Shown: piece after piece, positions 11,173-21,629 of the stretch
How the letters are laid out: each line of letters opens with the position of its first letter
How positions within the stretch are numbered: the stretch's first letter is position 1
Source of the DNA: Alphaproteobacteria bacterium
Lineage (GTDB): Bacteria > Pseudomonadota > Alphaproteobacteria > UBA8366
Direction: 5' to 3'
Assembly (NCBI GenBank): GCA_049601975.1
Contig: JBMYRC010000001.1
Coordinates: 18,041 to 82,040 of the forward strand
DNA length: 64,000 bases
Notes under the pieces: generated by a model
Told to the model about the DNA's origin: nothing
The model's input: the letters and a program-made list of their open reading frames with translations, nothing else
The model's database searches: none
Translations under genes and position numbers: made by a program

Positions 11173-13095
11173 GTGAACCTTTTCAGCCGAAATATCGCGC
11201 TTTGGATCATCATTGTTATCTTGATGGTCGGGCTTTTTAACCTGTTCCAGGGCTCATCGAGCCGGAATACTCAGGCCGAAGTGCCATACTCGCAATTCGT
11301 GGCCGAGATCGACCGTGGCGATGTCTCCTCGGTGGTCATCGAAGGCAATAAGATCAGCGGCTTCTATAAAAACGGTACTACGCCCTTTACCGTCATTGCA
11401 CCGGACGATCCGAAGCTGGTAGAACGGATGATTGCGCAAGGCGTCGAAGTGAAGGCACGCTCGGCGGACGACGAGATGCCGGCGCTGTTTGCCGTTCTCA
11501 TCCAGTGGTTCCCGATGCTACTATTGATCGGTGTGTGGATCTTTTTCATGCGCCAGATGCAATCGGGCGGTGGCCGCGCAATGGGCTTTGGTAAATCGCG
11601 CGCCAAATTGCTGACAGAAAAATCGGGCCGCGTTACTTTTGAAGATGTGGCCGGAATTGATGAAGCAAAACAGGAACTGGAGGAAATTGTCGAATTCCTC
11701 CGCGATCCACAAAAATTCCAACGCCTGGGCGGTCACATTCCCAAGGGTGTTTTGTTGGTGGGCCCCCCCGGTACAGGTAAAACGCTGTTGGCCCGCGCCA
11801 TTGCCGGTGAAGCGAATGTTCCGTTCTTCACGATTTCGGGTTCGGAATTCGTTGAAATGTTTGTCGGCGTCGGCGCGAGCCGCGTCCGCGATATGTTCGA
11901 ACAAGCGAAGAAAAACGCGCCGTGCCTGTTGTTTATCGATGAGATGGATGCGGTCGGCCGTCATCGCGGCGCCGGACTTGGCGGCGGCAACGACGAGCGC
12001 GAGCAGACCTTGAACCAGTTGCTGGTCGAGATGGACGGTTTCGAGGCAAACGAGGGTGTGATCCTGATCGCTGCGACGAACCGCCCGGATGTGCTCGACC
12101 CGGCATTGCTTCGACCGGGTCGTTTCGACCGTCAGGTCGTGGTGCCTAACCCGGATATTTTGGGGCGCGAGCTAATCCTCAAGGTGCATCTGCGCAAAGT
12201 ACCGTTGGGCCCTGACGTGGTCGCCAAGACCATTGCCCGTGGCACGCCCGGCTTTTCCGGGGCGGATTTAGCAAATTTGGTAAACGAAGCCGCTTTGTTG
12301 GCGGCGCGCAAGAACCGCCGTGTTGTTTCGATGCGGGAACTCGAGGATGCCAAGGACAAGGTGATGATGGGGGCGGAACGACGTTCCATGGTCATGACCG
12401 AGGACGAAAAGAAGCTTACGGCCTATCATGAGGCCGGACATGCTTTGGCGACCGTTTACTCTCCAGCCTCCGATCCAATTCACAAAGCGACTATTATTCC
12501 CCGTGGCCGTGCCCTTGGCATGGTGATGCGCTTGCCCGAGAAAGATATGTTGGCGTTTGCCCGCGATCAAATCGAAGCGAACCTTGTCGTGGCCATGGGT
12601 GGTCGTGTCGCTGAATTGACGATCTTCGGACCCGAGAAGGTGACGACCGGAGCCTCGAACGACATCATGCAAGCGACCGACCTTGCCCGTAAAATGGTCA
12701 CGGAGTGGGGTATGAGCGATAAGCTTGGGCCGCTTCGCTATAACGATAATCAGGAAGAAGTCTTCCTGGGGCACGCGGTGACGCAGACAAAGAACGTCTC
12801 GGAGGCAACGGCAGAGGTGATTGATGAAGAAATTCGTCGGATCGTTGATGAGGCGGATGTGAAATGCCGCGAGATCATCAAAGAACATGTCGATGAGCTG
12901 CATGCCATCGCCAATGGGCTGTTGGAATATGAAACACTGACCGGTGAAGATATTGCCGCGCTTATGCGTGGTGAGACGATTGTCCGCCCGAGTGCCGATG
13001 ACAACGACGAAACAGAGAGCGGTGCGCGTTCGTCCGTGCCGAGTAGCGGTGCGGTGAAACCGGGATCAGAACCGGAACCGCAGCCGGGAAGTTAG
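11173..13095 (+). CDS. ftsH: ATP-dependent zinc metalloprotease FtsH
   Basis: Two N-terminal TM segments, AAA+ Walker [12 protein letters not shown], second region of homology, and the HEAGHAL zinc motif. Confidence 0.97.
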   Translation: MNLFSRNIALWIIIVILMVGLFNLFQGSSSRNTQAEVPYSQFVAEIDRGDVSSVVIEGNKISGFYKNGTTPFTVIAPDDPKLVERMIAQGVEVKARSADDEMPALFAVLIQWFPMLLLIGVWIFFMRQMQSGGGRAMGFGKSRAKLLTEKSGRVTFEDVAGIDEAKQELEEIVEFLRDPQKFQRLGGHIPKGVLLVGPPGTGKTLLARAIAGEANVPFFTISGSEFVEMFVGVGASRVRDMFEQAKKNAPCLLFIDEMDAVGRHRGAGLGGGNDEREQTLNQLLVEMDGFEANEGVILIAATNRPDVLDPALLRPGRFDRQVVVPNPDILGRELILKVHLRKVPLGPDVVAKTIARGTPGFSGADLANLVNEAALLAARKNRRVVSMRELEDAKDKVMMGAERRSMVMTEDEKKLTAYHEAGHALATVYSPASDPIHKATIIPRGRALGMVMRLPEKDMLAFARDQIEANLVVAMGGRVAELTIFGPEKVTTGASNDIMQATDLARKMVTEWGMSDKLGPLRYNDNQEEVFLGHAVTQTKNVSEATAEVIDEEIRRIVDEADVKCREIIKEHVDELHAIANGLLEYETLTGEDIAALMRGETIVRPSADDNDETESGARSSVPSSGAVKPGSEPEPQPGS

Positions 13096-13116
13096 AAGAT
13101 TAAATTTTCGTGAAAT

Positions 13117-13145
13117 GGCCCGCCTTGTGCGGGCCGTTTCGTATT
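13117..13145 (+). terminator. Rho-independent terminator after ftsH
   Basis: GGCCCGC (13117-23), loop CTTGT, GCGGGCC (13129-35), followed by GTTTCGTATT. Confidence 0.6.
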
Positions 13146-13213
13146 GCGCCGCCCCAATGCCTAAAGTAAACACGGTTGATGCCTTTTTTGGCTATTTAGC
13201 GGGACACTGACGC

Positions 13214-14560
13214 ATGACGCGTAAATATTTCGGCACCGACGGAATCCGCGGGACCGCGAATAAGGGACCCGTGACTCCGGGCACGGTATTACGGTTGGCG
13301 CTCGCCGCCGGGGAATTGTTTCGCCGGGGCGATCATCGCCACCGCGTCGTTATCGGCAAAGATACGCGGCTTTCGGGTTATATGCTGGAGCCGGCACTGA
13401 CATCCGGATTTACAGCAATGGGGATGGACGTAATGCTGGTCGGCCCGATGCCGACACCCGCCGTCGCCATGCTGACGCGATCACTGCGAGCGGATGTCGG
13501 GGTAATGATTTCCGCATCCCACAATCCATATCAGGATAACGGCCTCAAACTCTTCGGGCCCGACGGCTATAAATTATCCGATGCCCAAGAGGAGGAGATC
13601 GAATCCTTGATGGACACCGAGGGCTTGGAGCTTGCGGAAGGCAAGGCACTTGGGCGAGCGACGAGGTTGGAAGATGCGCCCGGCCGCTATATCGAATTCG
13701 TGAAACAGACATTTCCGAAGCGTCTTCGACTCGACGGATTGAAGATTGTGGTGGATTGCGCGCATGGGGCCGCGTATCGAGTGGCGCCGACGGTCTTCCA
13801 TGAATTGGGCGCCGAGGTGGTGCCGGTCGCCACGCAGCCGGACGGCACTAATATCAACCGCGACTGTGGTGCGACCAGCCCCGATGCGATGAGCCAGCAA
13901 GTAGTTACCCATGGCGCGGATTTGGGTATTGCACTAGACGGTGATGCAGACCGTTTGATCATCGCGGACGAACACGGTCACATCCTGAACGGCGATCAAG
14001 TGATGGCTTTGATCGCCAGCTCATGGCAGAAAACAGCTCGACTGCGGGGCGGCGGCGTCGTGGCGACGGTGATGTCAAATCTGGGTTTTGAGCGTTTTTT
14101 GGATGGCTTGGGCCTGGATCTGGTGCGAACCGCCGTCGGCGACCGCAATGTTGTCGATTACATGCGCACTCACGATCATAATGTCGGTGGCGAGCAGTCC
14201 GGCCATATTATTTTGAACGATTTCAGCACCACAGGCGACGGATTGATTGCTGCCTTGCAGGTGCTGGCTGCCGTCATCGATCAAGACCGTCCGATCAGCG
14301 AAGTTTGTCGTCTTTTCGAACCGCTACCACAGGTCCTCCGAAACGTACGATTCAACGGCGGCAAACCGCTCGATGCACCGACGGTTCTTGAAGCGATCTC
14401 CGATGGCGAAGCCCGCATGGCGAAGGTTGGACGCGTGTTGATCCGTCCCTCTGGCACCGAACCCTTGATCCGCGTGATGGCAGAAGGCGACGACAGCGCC
14501 TTGGTGGACGAAGTGGTCGGCGATATTGTCGAAGCGATTGAACGCGTGGCGCAAGGTTGA
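13214..14560 (+). CDS. glmM: Phosphoglucosamine mutase GlmM
   Basis: [10 protein letters not shown]-terminus, active-site loop [12 protein letters not shown], and GDADR and GGEQSGH motifs. Confidence 0.95.
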   Translation: MTRKYFGTDGIRGTANKGPVTPGTVLRLALAAGELFRRGDHRHRVVIGKDTRLSGYMLEPALTSGFTAMGMDVMLVGPMPTPAVAMLTRSLRADVGVMISASHNPYQDNGLKLFGPDGYKLSDAQEEEIESLMDTEGLELAEGKALGRATRLEDAPGRYIEFVKQTFPKRLRLDGLKIVVDCAHGAAYRVAPTVFHELGAEVVPVATQPDGTNINRDCGATSPDAMSQQVVTHGADLGIALDGDADRLIIADEHGHILNGDQVMALIASSWQKTARLRGGGVVATVMSNLGFERFLDGLGLDLVRTAVGDRNVVDYMRTHDHNVGGEQSGHIILNDFSTTGDGLIAALQVLAAVIDQDRPISEVCRLFEPLPQVLRNVRFNGGKPLDAPTVLEAISDGEARMAKVGRVLIRPSGTEPLIRVMAEGDDSALVDEVVGDIVEAIERVAQG

Positions 14561-15369
14561 TGGTGTCTTTAGTCAAACCCGGCCGGGTGCTAATCGTCGC
14601 CGGATCGGATTCCGGTGGCGGTGCGGGCATCCAGGCGGATATTAAATCCGTAACCGCGCTTGGCGGCTTCGCTATGACCGCGATCACCGCGCTGACCGCG
14701 CAAAACACTACCGGTGTTTACGGTGTCGTTCCCGTCGATACAGACTTCATCGCCCAGCAAATGCGCCTCGTGTTGGACGATCTAGGGGTGGACTGTCTGA
14801 AAACTGGCATGCTGCACAGCTCCGCCGTCATCGAAACGGTGGTTGATGTATTGGATGATGTTGCGCCGGAGCTCACCGTAGTCGCCGACCCTGTGATGTT
14901 TGCCAAGGGGGGACACCCTTTGCTCGAGCCAGAGGCAATGGATTCACTTCGCGGGCGCCTCGTACCGCGAGCGGCAATTTTGACTCCGAATATCCCCGAA
15001 GCCGAAGCTCTGGCGGATATGACGGTATCCAGTCTAGAGGATATGCAACGTGCCGGAGAGGCGATTATGGCCCTTGGTGCGAAAGCGGTGTTGGTTAAAG
15101 GGGGGCATCTCGACGGCGATCGTCTTACCGATGTGTTGGTGACGTCGGACGGTGTCGAGTTATTCCATGATGAGCGAATCCACACCAAAAATACGCATGG
15201 GACCGGATGTACGCTGGCGTCAGCCTTGGCGACAGGGTTGGCCAATGGGTTGGCGCTACGAGAAGCGGTTGAGCGCGCCCGCGACTATGTCCGTGCCGCC
15301 ATCCTCGCCGCTCCTGGATATGGCGCTGGCCATGGACCCATGGATCACGGACACCCTTTACGCCGCTGA
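14560..15369 (+). CDS. thiD: Hydroxymethylpyrimidine/phosphomethylpyrimidine kinase ThiD
   Basis: VLIVAGSDSGGGAGIQADIK...TAQNT...KTGML...HGTGCTL motifs. ATG 14560 overlaps the glmM stop (TGATG). Confidence 0.9.
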   Translation: MVSLVKPGRVLIVAGSDSGGGAGIQADIKSVTALGGFAMTAITALTAQNTTGVYGVVPVDTDFIAQQMRLVLDDLGVDCLKTGMLHSSAVIETVVDVLDDVAPELTVVADPVMFAKGGHPLLEPEAMDSLRGRLVPRAAILTPNIPEAEALADMTVSSLEDMQRAGEAIMALGAKAVLVKGGHLDGDRLTDVLVTSDGVELFHDERIHTKNTHGTGCTLASALATGLANGLALREAVERARDYVRAAILAAPGYGAGHGPMDHGHPLRR

Positions 15370-15390
15370 CGTTTAAACCGGAGTTTCGTC

Positions 15391-17058
15391 ATGACAATCG
15401 AAATCGACCCGATCACCACGTCTGTCATCCAGCACAGATTGACGGGCATCGTCGAGGAGATGGGCGAGGCGATGTTGCGCACTTCGTATTCGCAAATCCT
15501 CAACAGTAGCCGTGATTTCTCAATGGCGCTTTGCGATTCGGATGGGGGGCTGGTCTCACAGGCCGAGCATATTCCGGTTCACGTCGGTGCCATGTCCTGG
15601 GCGGCGAAGGAAGTGATCGAGTATTTCGGCGACGACATCCTGCCGGGTGATGTGTTCCTGTTGAATGACCCATATTACGGCGGCAGTCACTTGCCGGATG
15701 TGACTGTTATTGTACCGGTGTTCGCCGACGAGGCTTGTGTGTTCTGGACCCTCAATCGGGCGCATCATTCGGATATCGGCGGTGCGACCCATGGGGCTTA
15801 TAACGCGGCGGCGACGGAAATTTGGCAGGAGGGGCTGCGCATTCCACCGATCAAACTTTATGAGGCCGGAAGGCGGCGTGACGACATCCACCGGATGCTC
15901 GCGGTGAATGTCCGACATCCCCGCGATTTCGAAGGCGATTTGGCCGCGCAAATTGGTTCGGTGAAATTGGGTGAGAACCGACTTGGGGAGTTGGTTGCCG
16001 AGTTCGGTACCGAAACTGTGACGGCCGCCAAGGAGCGCATTTTGGATGCGGCTGAAAAACAGGCACGTGCCGTCGTCGAAACTTGGCAAGACGGCGTCTA
16101 TCACGGCACGGGATTGTTGGATGATGACGGGCGCGGCAACGAAGATATCACCGTCCGGGCAACCGTGACGATTAAGGGCAGCGATATAGAAGTCGATCTG
16201 TCCGCATCCGACCCGCAAGTCGAAAGCTTTATAAATTCGTCCTTCGCCAACACCCAATCGGCGGTGGTGATGAGCTTCGCGTTCTTGCTCGATCCTGGCA
16301 TTGTGCAGAATTCCGGTACGATTCGCCCGCTAACCGTGAAAATGCGGGAGGGAACAGTGGTATGGGCGCATCCGGGAGCACCGGTAACATTGTGTACATC
16401 CCATTGCAGCCAGGAAATCATCGAAGCCATCGTGTCCGCCATCGCGCCCGCCTGTCCGGAACGGGCTATGGCGGGTTGGGGAAAACGCTTCCGGATCGCC
16501 ATCAAGGGCGACGACCCGCGCAATGGCCAGCCCTTTATCTGGCACATGTTTCACGCTCGCCCGGGTGCGGGTGCCTCCTCCGGTGGGGATGGATGGCACG
16601 GTAGCGGTGAATGGCATTCGGCGGGAGGCTTAAAATTTGGATCGGTCGAAGTCGCGGAGACGAGGTTCCCACTCTATTTCGAACGTCACGAATATCGCGA
16701 AAATTCCGGCGGCGACGGACAATATGTCGGCGGCTCCGGGTGCGAGCTTTTGCTGCATCTCGAGACGGATGAAGATTGTGTTGTGAATACCGCCGGTGAA
16801 GGAACGACCCACGCGGCTGCGGGTCGCCAAGGCGGCAAGGACGGTGCGAGCCACGAGTACCGCATCTTAAAACCGGACGGCAGCGCACGGGTTCTCAAGA
16901 CCAAGGAAGAAGGAATTCCGGTGAAGGCTCGGTCTGTGTTCGATGTACGCTCCGGCGGCGGCGGAGGTTGGGGCGCGCCGAGCGATCGTCCCTCCGATGC
17001 GCGGTCCACGGATTCGCAGGAAGAGTTGCCACCGCTAGTATCCGGAGGGTCGGCCTGA
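15391..17058 (+). CDS. hyuB: Hydantoinase B/oxoprolinase family protein
   Basis: DPITTSVIQHRL...SRDFSMALCD...GDVFLLNDPYYGGSHLPD signature of the HyuB family. Confidence 0.85.
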   Translation: MTIEIDPITTSVIQHRLTGIVEEMGEAMLRTSYSQILNSSRDFSMALCDSDGGLVSQAEHIPVHVGAMSWAAKEVIEYFGDDILPGDVFLLNDPYYGGSHLPDVTVIVPVFADEACVFWTLNRAHHSDIGGATHGAYNAAATEIWQEGLRIPPIKLYEAGRRRDDIHRMLAVNVRHPRDFEGDLAAQIGSVKLGENRLGELVAEFGTETVTAAKERILDAAEKQARAVVETWQDGVYHGTGLLDDDGRGNEDITVRATVTIKGSDIEVDLSASDPQVESFINSSFANTQSAVVMSFAFLLDPGIVQNSGTIRPLTVKMREGTVVWAHPGAPVTLCTSHCSQEIIEAIVSAIAPACPERAMAGWGKRFRIAIKGDDPRNGQPFIWHMFHARPGAGASSGGDGWHGSGEWHSAGGLKFGSVEVAETRFPLYFERHEYRENSGGDGQYVGGSGCELLLHLETDEDCVVNTAGEGTTHAAAGRQGGKDGASHEYRILKPDGSARVLKTKEEGIPVKARSVFDVRSGGGGGWGAPSDRPSDARSTDSQEELPPLVSGGSA

Positions 17059-19100
17059 TGTACAGAATTGGCATCGATATCGGTGGCACCTTCACGGACC
17101 TCGTCTTGGTCGACGATTCCGGCGCCGTCAGTTTCGGAAAGACGCCTTCCAATCCGGAGGATCAGTCAATCGGCGTGATGACGGGGTTGAGTATGATGGC
17201 CGAACGCGTCGGCCTCTCACTTGATGCGTTGCTGGCGGAGACCGACCGGATCGTTCATGGGACCACGGTCGCGACAAACGCTCTCCTGGAGCGGAAGGGA
17301 GCCCGGGTCGGTCTATTGACGACGGAAGGTCACCGCGACGTATTGGAAATGCGGGAAGGTTTGAAGCCCGAGCGATATAATCTGCGGCTTCCACGACAAG
17401 CGGCATTAATTCCGCGGCATTTGCGGCTTGGGGTGCGTGAACGCTTGCGCCACACCGGCGAAGTGGAAGTAGCGCTGGATACAGTGTCACTCGACGCCGC
17501 GATTGATGCGTTGAAGGATGCCGACGTCGAGGCGGTCGCCGTTTGCTACCTGCACGCCTATGCGAATGCGGCCCACGAACAGGCGACGCGGGCGCGACTA
17601 GCCGAGAAATTACCCGACGTTTATGTCTCGCTTTCCTCCGAGGTGCTACCGCATATCAAAGAATACGAGCGCGTCTCTACAACGGCGGTGAACGCCTATG
17701 TGGGGCCGGTTCTGGAACGTTATTTGAGCCAGCTGGAAACCCGTCTTAGAGATGCAGGCTATAGCGGCCCCGCATTGATCACGCTGTCGCATGGCGGAGT
17801 GACCCCTATTGTTGAGGCGATTCGAATGGCTGCCGGCACCGTTCTTTCCGGTCCGGCGGGCGGCTTGGCAGGTGCGCGTCATGCGGGCGACATGCTTGAT
17901 GTCGGGCAGATGATCACCTTCGATATGGGCGGGACGTCGTCCGACATTTCGTTGATTGTTGACGGTGAAGCGACATTGTCAGCGGACCGCAGTGTCGCGG
18001 GTGAGAAGATCGCGCTCTCGAGCCTGGATATTATCACTTTGGGGGCCGGTGGCGGTTCGATTGCCTGGGCGAACTCCGGCGGCTTGTTGGAAGTTGGCCC
18101 GCACAGTGCCGGTGCGGTGCCGGGTCCGGCCTGCTATGGCCGTGGCGGCACGGAAGCGACGGTGACCGACGCCAATGTGGCGTTAGGGTATCTCGATCCG
18201 AGCAGCTTTCTCGGTGGTAGTGATAATCTCGACCTTGCCGCCGCGCACACGGCATTGGACAAGCTCGGGGAACAATTGGGCATTGAGCAGATCGCGGCGG
18301 CAGAAGGGGTGTTTCGCGTCGTCAACACGCAGATGGCGGAAGGCATTCGCCTGGCGACGGTTCGCCGAGGTGTTGACCCACGCCGCTTTGCGTTGCTTGG
18401 CTTCGGCGGAGCGGCCGGATTGCATGTCACGTCGCTCGCGCGAATTCTCGACTTAAAGCGCGTGATTGTGCCGCGTGTCGCCTCCGTGCTGTCGGCTTGG
18501 GGAATGCTGACGACCGATCTTCGATACGAAGTGACGCGGACTCGCATTGGTGAAGTGAGTGACTTGGATCGGAACGAAGTTCGAGCGCTGTTTGATGAAC
18601 TGCAGGGTGAGGCGGAAGCCGCTGTGTCCGGCTGGTTCGACGGCCAAATTAGGGCTGAACGCTCCGCCGATATGCGCTATGGCGAGCAAATCTTTGAAAT
18701 CGATGTGGATCTTCGGGAACTCGATTTCGCTGCGGACGATTTGCTAGCGAAAATGAAGACCGCATTCGAAGCGCGACACGAACAACTCTATACCTACGCA
18801 TTACCTGACCGGGAGCCGGTATTGGTGAATGCGCGCGTCGCAGCCATTGGTGAGCTATCCGCGCCGCCGACGGAACCGCCGATTGATGGTGGTGGCGATG
18901 TGGCGCCGATGGGCACGCGATCAATCTATCTCGAAAAGTGGGTGGACGCTGCCATTTATGCCTTCGCCGATTTAAAGGCCGGGCAATCTATTTCCGGTCC
19001 AGCCATTGTTGAGGCGGATACAACGACCGTATTGTTGTTGCCAGGCGACACTGCACAGGTGACAGATATGGGATGGCTGGATATCGCCGTCGGAAAGTAA
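17058..19100 (+). CDS. hyuA: Hydantoinase A/oxoprolinase family protein
   Basis: Track ORF starts at 16968. The canonical N-terminus MYRIGIDIGGTFTD begins at ATG 17058, overlapping the hyuB stop (TGATG). Confidence 0.85.
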   Translation: MYRIGIDIGGTFTDLVLVDDSGAVSFGKTPSNPEDQSIGVMTGLSMMAERVGLSLDALLAETDRIVHGTTVATNALLERKGARVGLLTTEGHRDVLEMREGLKPERYNLRLPRQAALIPRHLRLGVRERLRHTGEVEVALDTVSLDAAIDALKDADVEAVAVCYLHAYANAAHEQATRARLAEKLPDVYVSLSSEVLPHIKEYERVSTTAVNAYVGPVLERYLSQLETRLRDAGYSGPALITLSHGGVTPIVEAIRMAAGTVLSGPAGGLAGARHAGDMLDVGQMITFDMGGTSSDISLIVDGEATLSADRSVAGEKIALSSLDIITLGAGGGSIAWANSGGLLEVGPHSAGAVPGPACYGRGGTEATVTDANVALGYLDPSSFLGGSDNLDLAAAHTALDKLGEQLGIEQIAAAEGVFRVVNTQMAEGIRLATVRRGVDPRRFALLGFGGAAGLHVTSLARILDLKRVIVPRVASVLSAWGMLTTDLRYEVTRTRIGEVSDLDRNEVRALFDELQGEAEAAVSGWFDGQIRAERSADMRYGEQIFEIDVDLRELDFAADDLLAKMKTAFEARHEQLYTYALPDREPVLVNARVAAIGELSAPPTEPPIDGGGDVAPMGTRSIYLEKWVDAAIYAFADLKAGQSISGPAIVEADTTTVLLLPGDTAQVTDMGWLDIAVGK

Positions 19101-19104
19101 CATC

Positions 19105-20490
19105 TCAAACCATCGAGACGTCGCTGAACGCGTTTACCTTGAGGATATCGGCCAAGGTATCGAGCGCCGATTCCAATTGATTGCGATAGCGCGGCATGCC
19201 GATACAGATGCGCACTGCATGGGGGACGTCGACGCGCCCGGCGGCGAAAATTTCCGCGGGGGCCACGATGACTCCACGGCGCTTGGCCTCAGCTGTGAAA
19301 TCCGCCGCTCGCCAGGGCTCCGGTAGGGTGAGCCAAATATGATGGCAGCCGGGCGTGGCGGAGATGCATTGCCCCGGTAATTTGTCCCGAGCCAGTGCCA
19401 GACGTGCGACCGCTTCCGCGCGCCGCGAATCGAGTATGCGTTCCGCCGTTCCGTCTTCGATCCAGCTCGTGGCCAGTTCGGCCGTCAGCGGTGGGGCCAT
19501 CCAAGCGGAAGCTCCGACAATCGAGGCTTGGCGCTCCAAAAGCTCTTCAGGGGAATGCAGGAAACCGATCCTCAGGCCGGGCGCGACGGTCTTCGAAAGA
19601 CTGGTCAGGTAGACGGTAAGCTCCGGTACCATCGTGGCAATCGGTTGGGGCGGATCTTTCATGCATCGGGCGGCGATATCGTCCTCAATGATGTGCAATC
19701 CGTGGCGGCGCGCGATCTCGGCAATAGCCTCGCGGCGCTCCTGCGGCATAACGACGGCTGTCGGATTATGAATCGTCGGGATGGTATAGAGGAACTTGCT
19801 GTTCTGCATCCGGCACGCTGTTTCGAGTGCTTCAGGGATCAGGCCGTTCTCGTCGACCGACAGTCCTTCCATGCGCAGACCCAGCATTCGAGCCACCGGT
19901 TTTACGCCGGGAAAGGTTAGAGATTCGGTCAGGATATGGTCACCCGGCTGAGTGAGGGCCGCGAAAGCAACGAGAATCCCGTTTTGGGCGCCGCTGGTGA
20001 TCACCACTTGCTCCGCCGCCGCATGAATACCGGTCATGGAAAGCCACGCCGCTCCTGCGGCTCGGTGGCGTAGATTGCCGGCAGGTGTTTGATACTCTAA
20101 TAAATCGAAGGCCGCTGGGTCTGCGGCGATGCGCTGGAGCGCATGGCTGAGATGTTCGGCCTCTTCACCCGGTGCCGGAAAGCTGAGGCTGAGATCGATA
20201 TGATCCGCAGGTGCGGTTTCACGTGGTGGAAATCCCTCGCGCAGGCCCGGCCTCAGGACATAAGTACCGCGTCCGACTTCGCCTCGAACCAAACCCTGCC
20301 GTTCCGCCTCTGTATAGGCGCGGCTGACGGTGCCGACGGTGACACCTAATCGCCAAGCGAGGTCCCGCTGTGGCGGTAGCTTCGTGCCGGGTTGCAATCG
20401 ACCGGCGGAAATGTCCTCTGCAATCGCCTCCGCAACGGTGAGATATTTCGGCCCTGTTCGGGCGGCAAGTTCCGGAATCCAGATTGTCAT
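19105..20490 (-). CDS. MocR/GabR-type regulator (GntR wHTH fused to a fold-type I aminotransferase-like domain)
   Basis: N-terminal GntR HTH (LPPQRDLAWRLGVTVGTVSRAY) plus a ~350-aa aminotransferase-like domain with an SLSKT.APGLRIG Lys motif. Confidence 0.85.
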   Translation of the reverse strand: MTIWIPELAARTGPKYLTVAEAIAEDISAGRLQPGTKLPPQRDLAWRLGVTVGTVSRAYTEAERQGLVRGEVGRGTYVLRPGLREGFPPRETAPADHIDLSLSFPAPGEEAEHLSHALQRIAADPAAFDLLEYQTPAGNLRHRAAGAAWLSMTGIHAAAEQVVITSGAQNGILVAFAALTQPGDHILTESLTFPGVKPVARMLGLRMEGLSVDENGLIPEALETACRMQNSKFLYTIPTIHNPTAVVMPQERREAIAEIARRHGLHIIEDDIAARCMKDPPQPIATMVPELTVYLTSLSKTVAPGLRIGFLHSPEELLERQASIVGASAWMAPPLTAELATSWIEDGTAERILDSRRAEAVARLALARDKLPGQCISATPGCHHIWLTLPEPWRAADFTAEAKRRGVIVAPAEIFAAGRVDVPHAVRICIGMPRYRNQLESALDTLADILKVNAFSDVSMV

Positions 20491-20504
20491 GGTGACAATA
20501 TATA

Positions 20505-20610
20505 AATTGACACCCTAATTGGCAACGAATAAATCGAGATAACACGCAATTGTACCTACGGTTTGTTGGATTGGAGAGGCTTATGGGTATCATTTGCAAA
20601 ATTGTACCTA
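20505..20610. promoter_or_regulatory. AATTG-core direct repeats in the mocR/DUF1127 divergent region (candidate MocR operator)
   Basis: AATTGACA (20505-12), AATTGGCA (20517-24) and the exact 11-mer AATTGTACCTA at 20548-58 and 20600-10 (52 bp apart). The function is inferred only. Confidence 0.3.
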
Positions 20611-20801
20611 TTGATGAGATAGGTGTGTTCAAATTCGCCAGTGGCATTGCCAAGGCCGCTTTGTCGGAACTGTATTTATGGTATGAGCGTTCCGGGCAAC
20701 GGCATCATTTGTCCCGGCTCGACGGGCATTTGCTTCGAGATGTCGGACTGAGCGAGGCCGATGTAGAACGGGAATGCCGTAAGCTCCCGTGGCAATATTG
20801 A
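20583..20801 (+). CDS. DUF1127 domain-containing small protein
   Basis: C-terminal RHHLSRLDGHLLRDVGLSEADVERE matches the DUF1127 pattern (L..Ld.rlL.DiGlsR.d...E). ATG 20583 is preceded by GGAGAGG. Confidence 0.7.
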   Translation: MGIICKIVPIDEIGVFKFASGIAKAALSELYLWYERSGQRHHLSRLDGHLLRDVGLSEADVERECRKLPWQY

Positions 20802-20826
20802 ATAGCGGTGCTTTGGAGGACGTGAG

Positions 20827-21609
20827 ATGAGACTGCCGATCTACCAAGTCGATGCATTTGCGGATCGCCCGTTTGCGGGCAACCCGGCGGCTGTTTGTCC
20901 GCTCGACGCGTGGTTACCGGATGAGACGATGCAGGCGATAGCGGTCGAAAATAATCTATCGGAGACCGCTTTCTTTGTGGCGAATGGCGAGGATTTCGAT
21001 ATCCGTTGGTTTACGCCGAAAATGGAGATCGATCTGGCTGGGCATCCGACTCTGGCGACGGCCTATGCGATTTTCACCGAGCTGGAGCCCGGACGCAGCG
21101 CCGTCCGATTCAATACGAAACGCGGCGATGTGCTCTCGGTCGTGGAGCAGGGCGGTGTGCTAACGATGGATTTTCCGGCGCGCGCGCCTGCGCCAACGGA
21201 GGGGATCGAGGAAATCACGGCGGCGCTCGGCGCGCGACCTGCCAGTTTTTTGGCGGCGCGGGACGGTTTCTGCGTCTTCGAGAATGAGGCAGAAATTCGC
21301 GCCATCGAACCGGATATGACCAAACTCATGGCGTTTAAATATCTGGGTGTCATCGTGACTGCGCCCGGCGATGAAGTGGATTTTGTCTCACGGTTCTTTG
21401 CGCCCAATCATGGTATTCCGGAAGACCCGGTGACCGGGTCGGCGCATTGCGAGCTGATCCCTTATTGGGCGGAACGCCTGGGAAAGACCGAGCTTGTAGC
21501 GCGGCAGCTCTCGGCACGGGGCGGTGAGATATACTGCTCCCATCTGGGTGAGCGGGTAAAGATCGGCGGCAAGGCCGTGACTTTCATGCGTGGCGAAATC
21601 GAGTTTTAG
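20827..21609 (+). CDS. PhzF-family isomerase
   Basis: IYQVDAFADRPFAGNPAAV...NLSETAF...FTP..EIDLAGHPTLA...FAPNHGIPEDPVTGSA pattern typical of PhzF/YddE. Confidence 0.85.
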   Translation: MRLPIYQVDAFADRPFAGNPAAVCPLDAWLPDETMQAIAVENNLSETAFFVANGEDFDIRWFTPKMEIDLAGHPTLATAYAIFTELEPGRSAVRFNTKRGDVLSVVEQGGVLTMDFPARAPAPTEGIEEITAALGARPASFLAARDGFCVFENEAEIRAIEPDMTKLMAFKYLGVIVTAPGDEVDFVSRFFAPNHGIPEDPVTGSAHCELIPYWAERLGKTELVARQLSARGGEIYCSHLGERVKIGGKAVTFMRGEIEF

Positions 21610-21629
21610 GACAGATTGGGCGAACCAAG

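Noticed and set aside
16968-17057. A 30-codon N-terminal extension of the hyuA ORF overlapping the hyuB 3' end. I briefly considered a frameshifted HyuB C-terminus or a hyuB-hyuA fusion.
   Set aside because: The HyuB frame already contains the conserved GGGGWGAP..R tail. The canonical HyuA N-terminus MYRIGIDIGGTFTD starts at ATG 17058 in a TGATG coupling junction. The resemblance of the alternate frame to a HyuB tail is weak and compatible with GC-rich noise.
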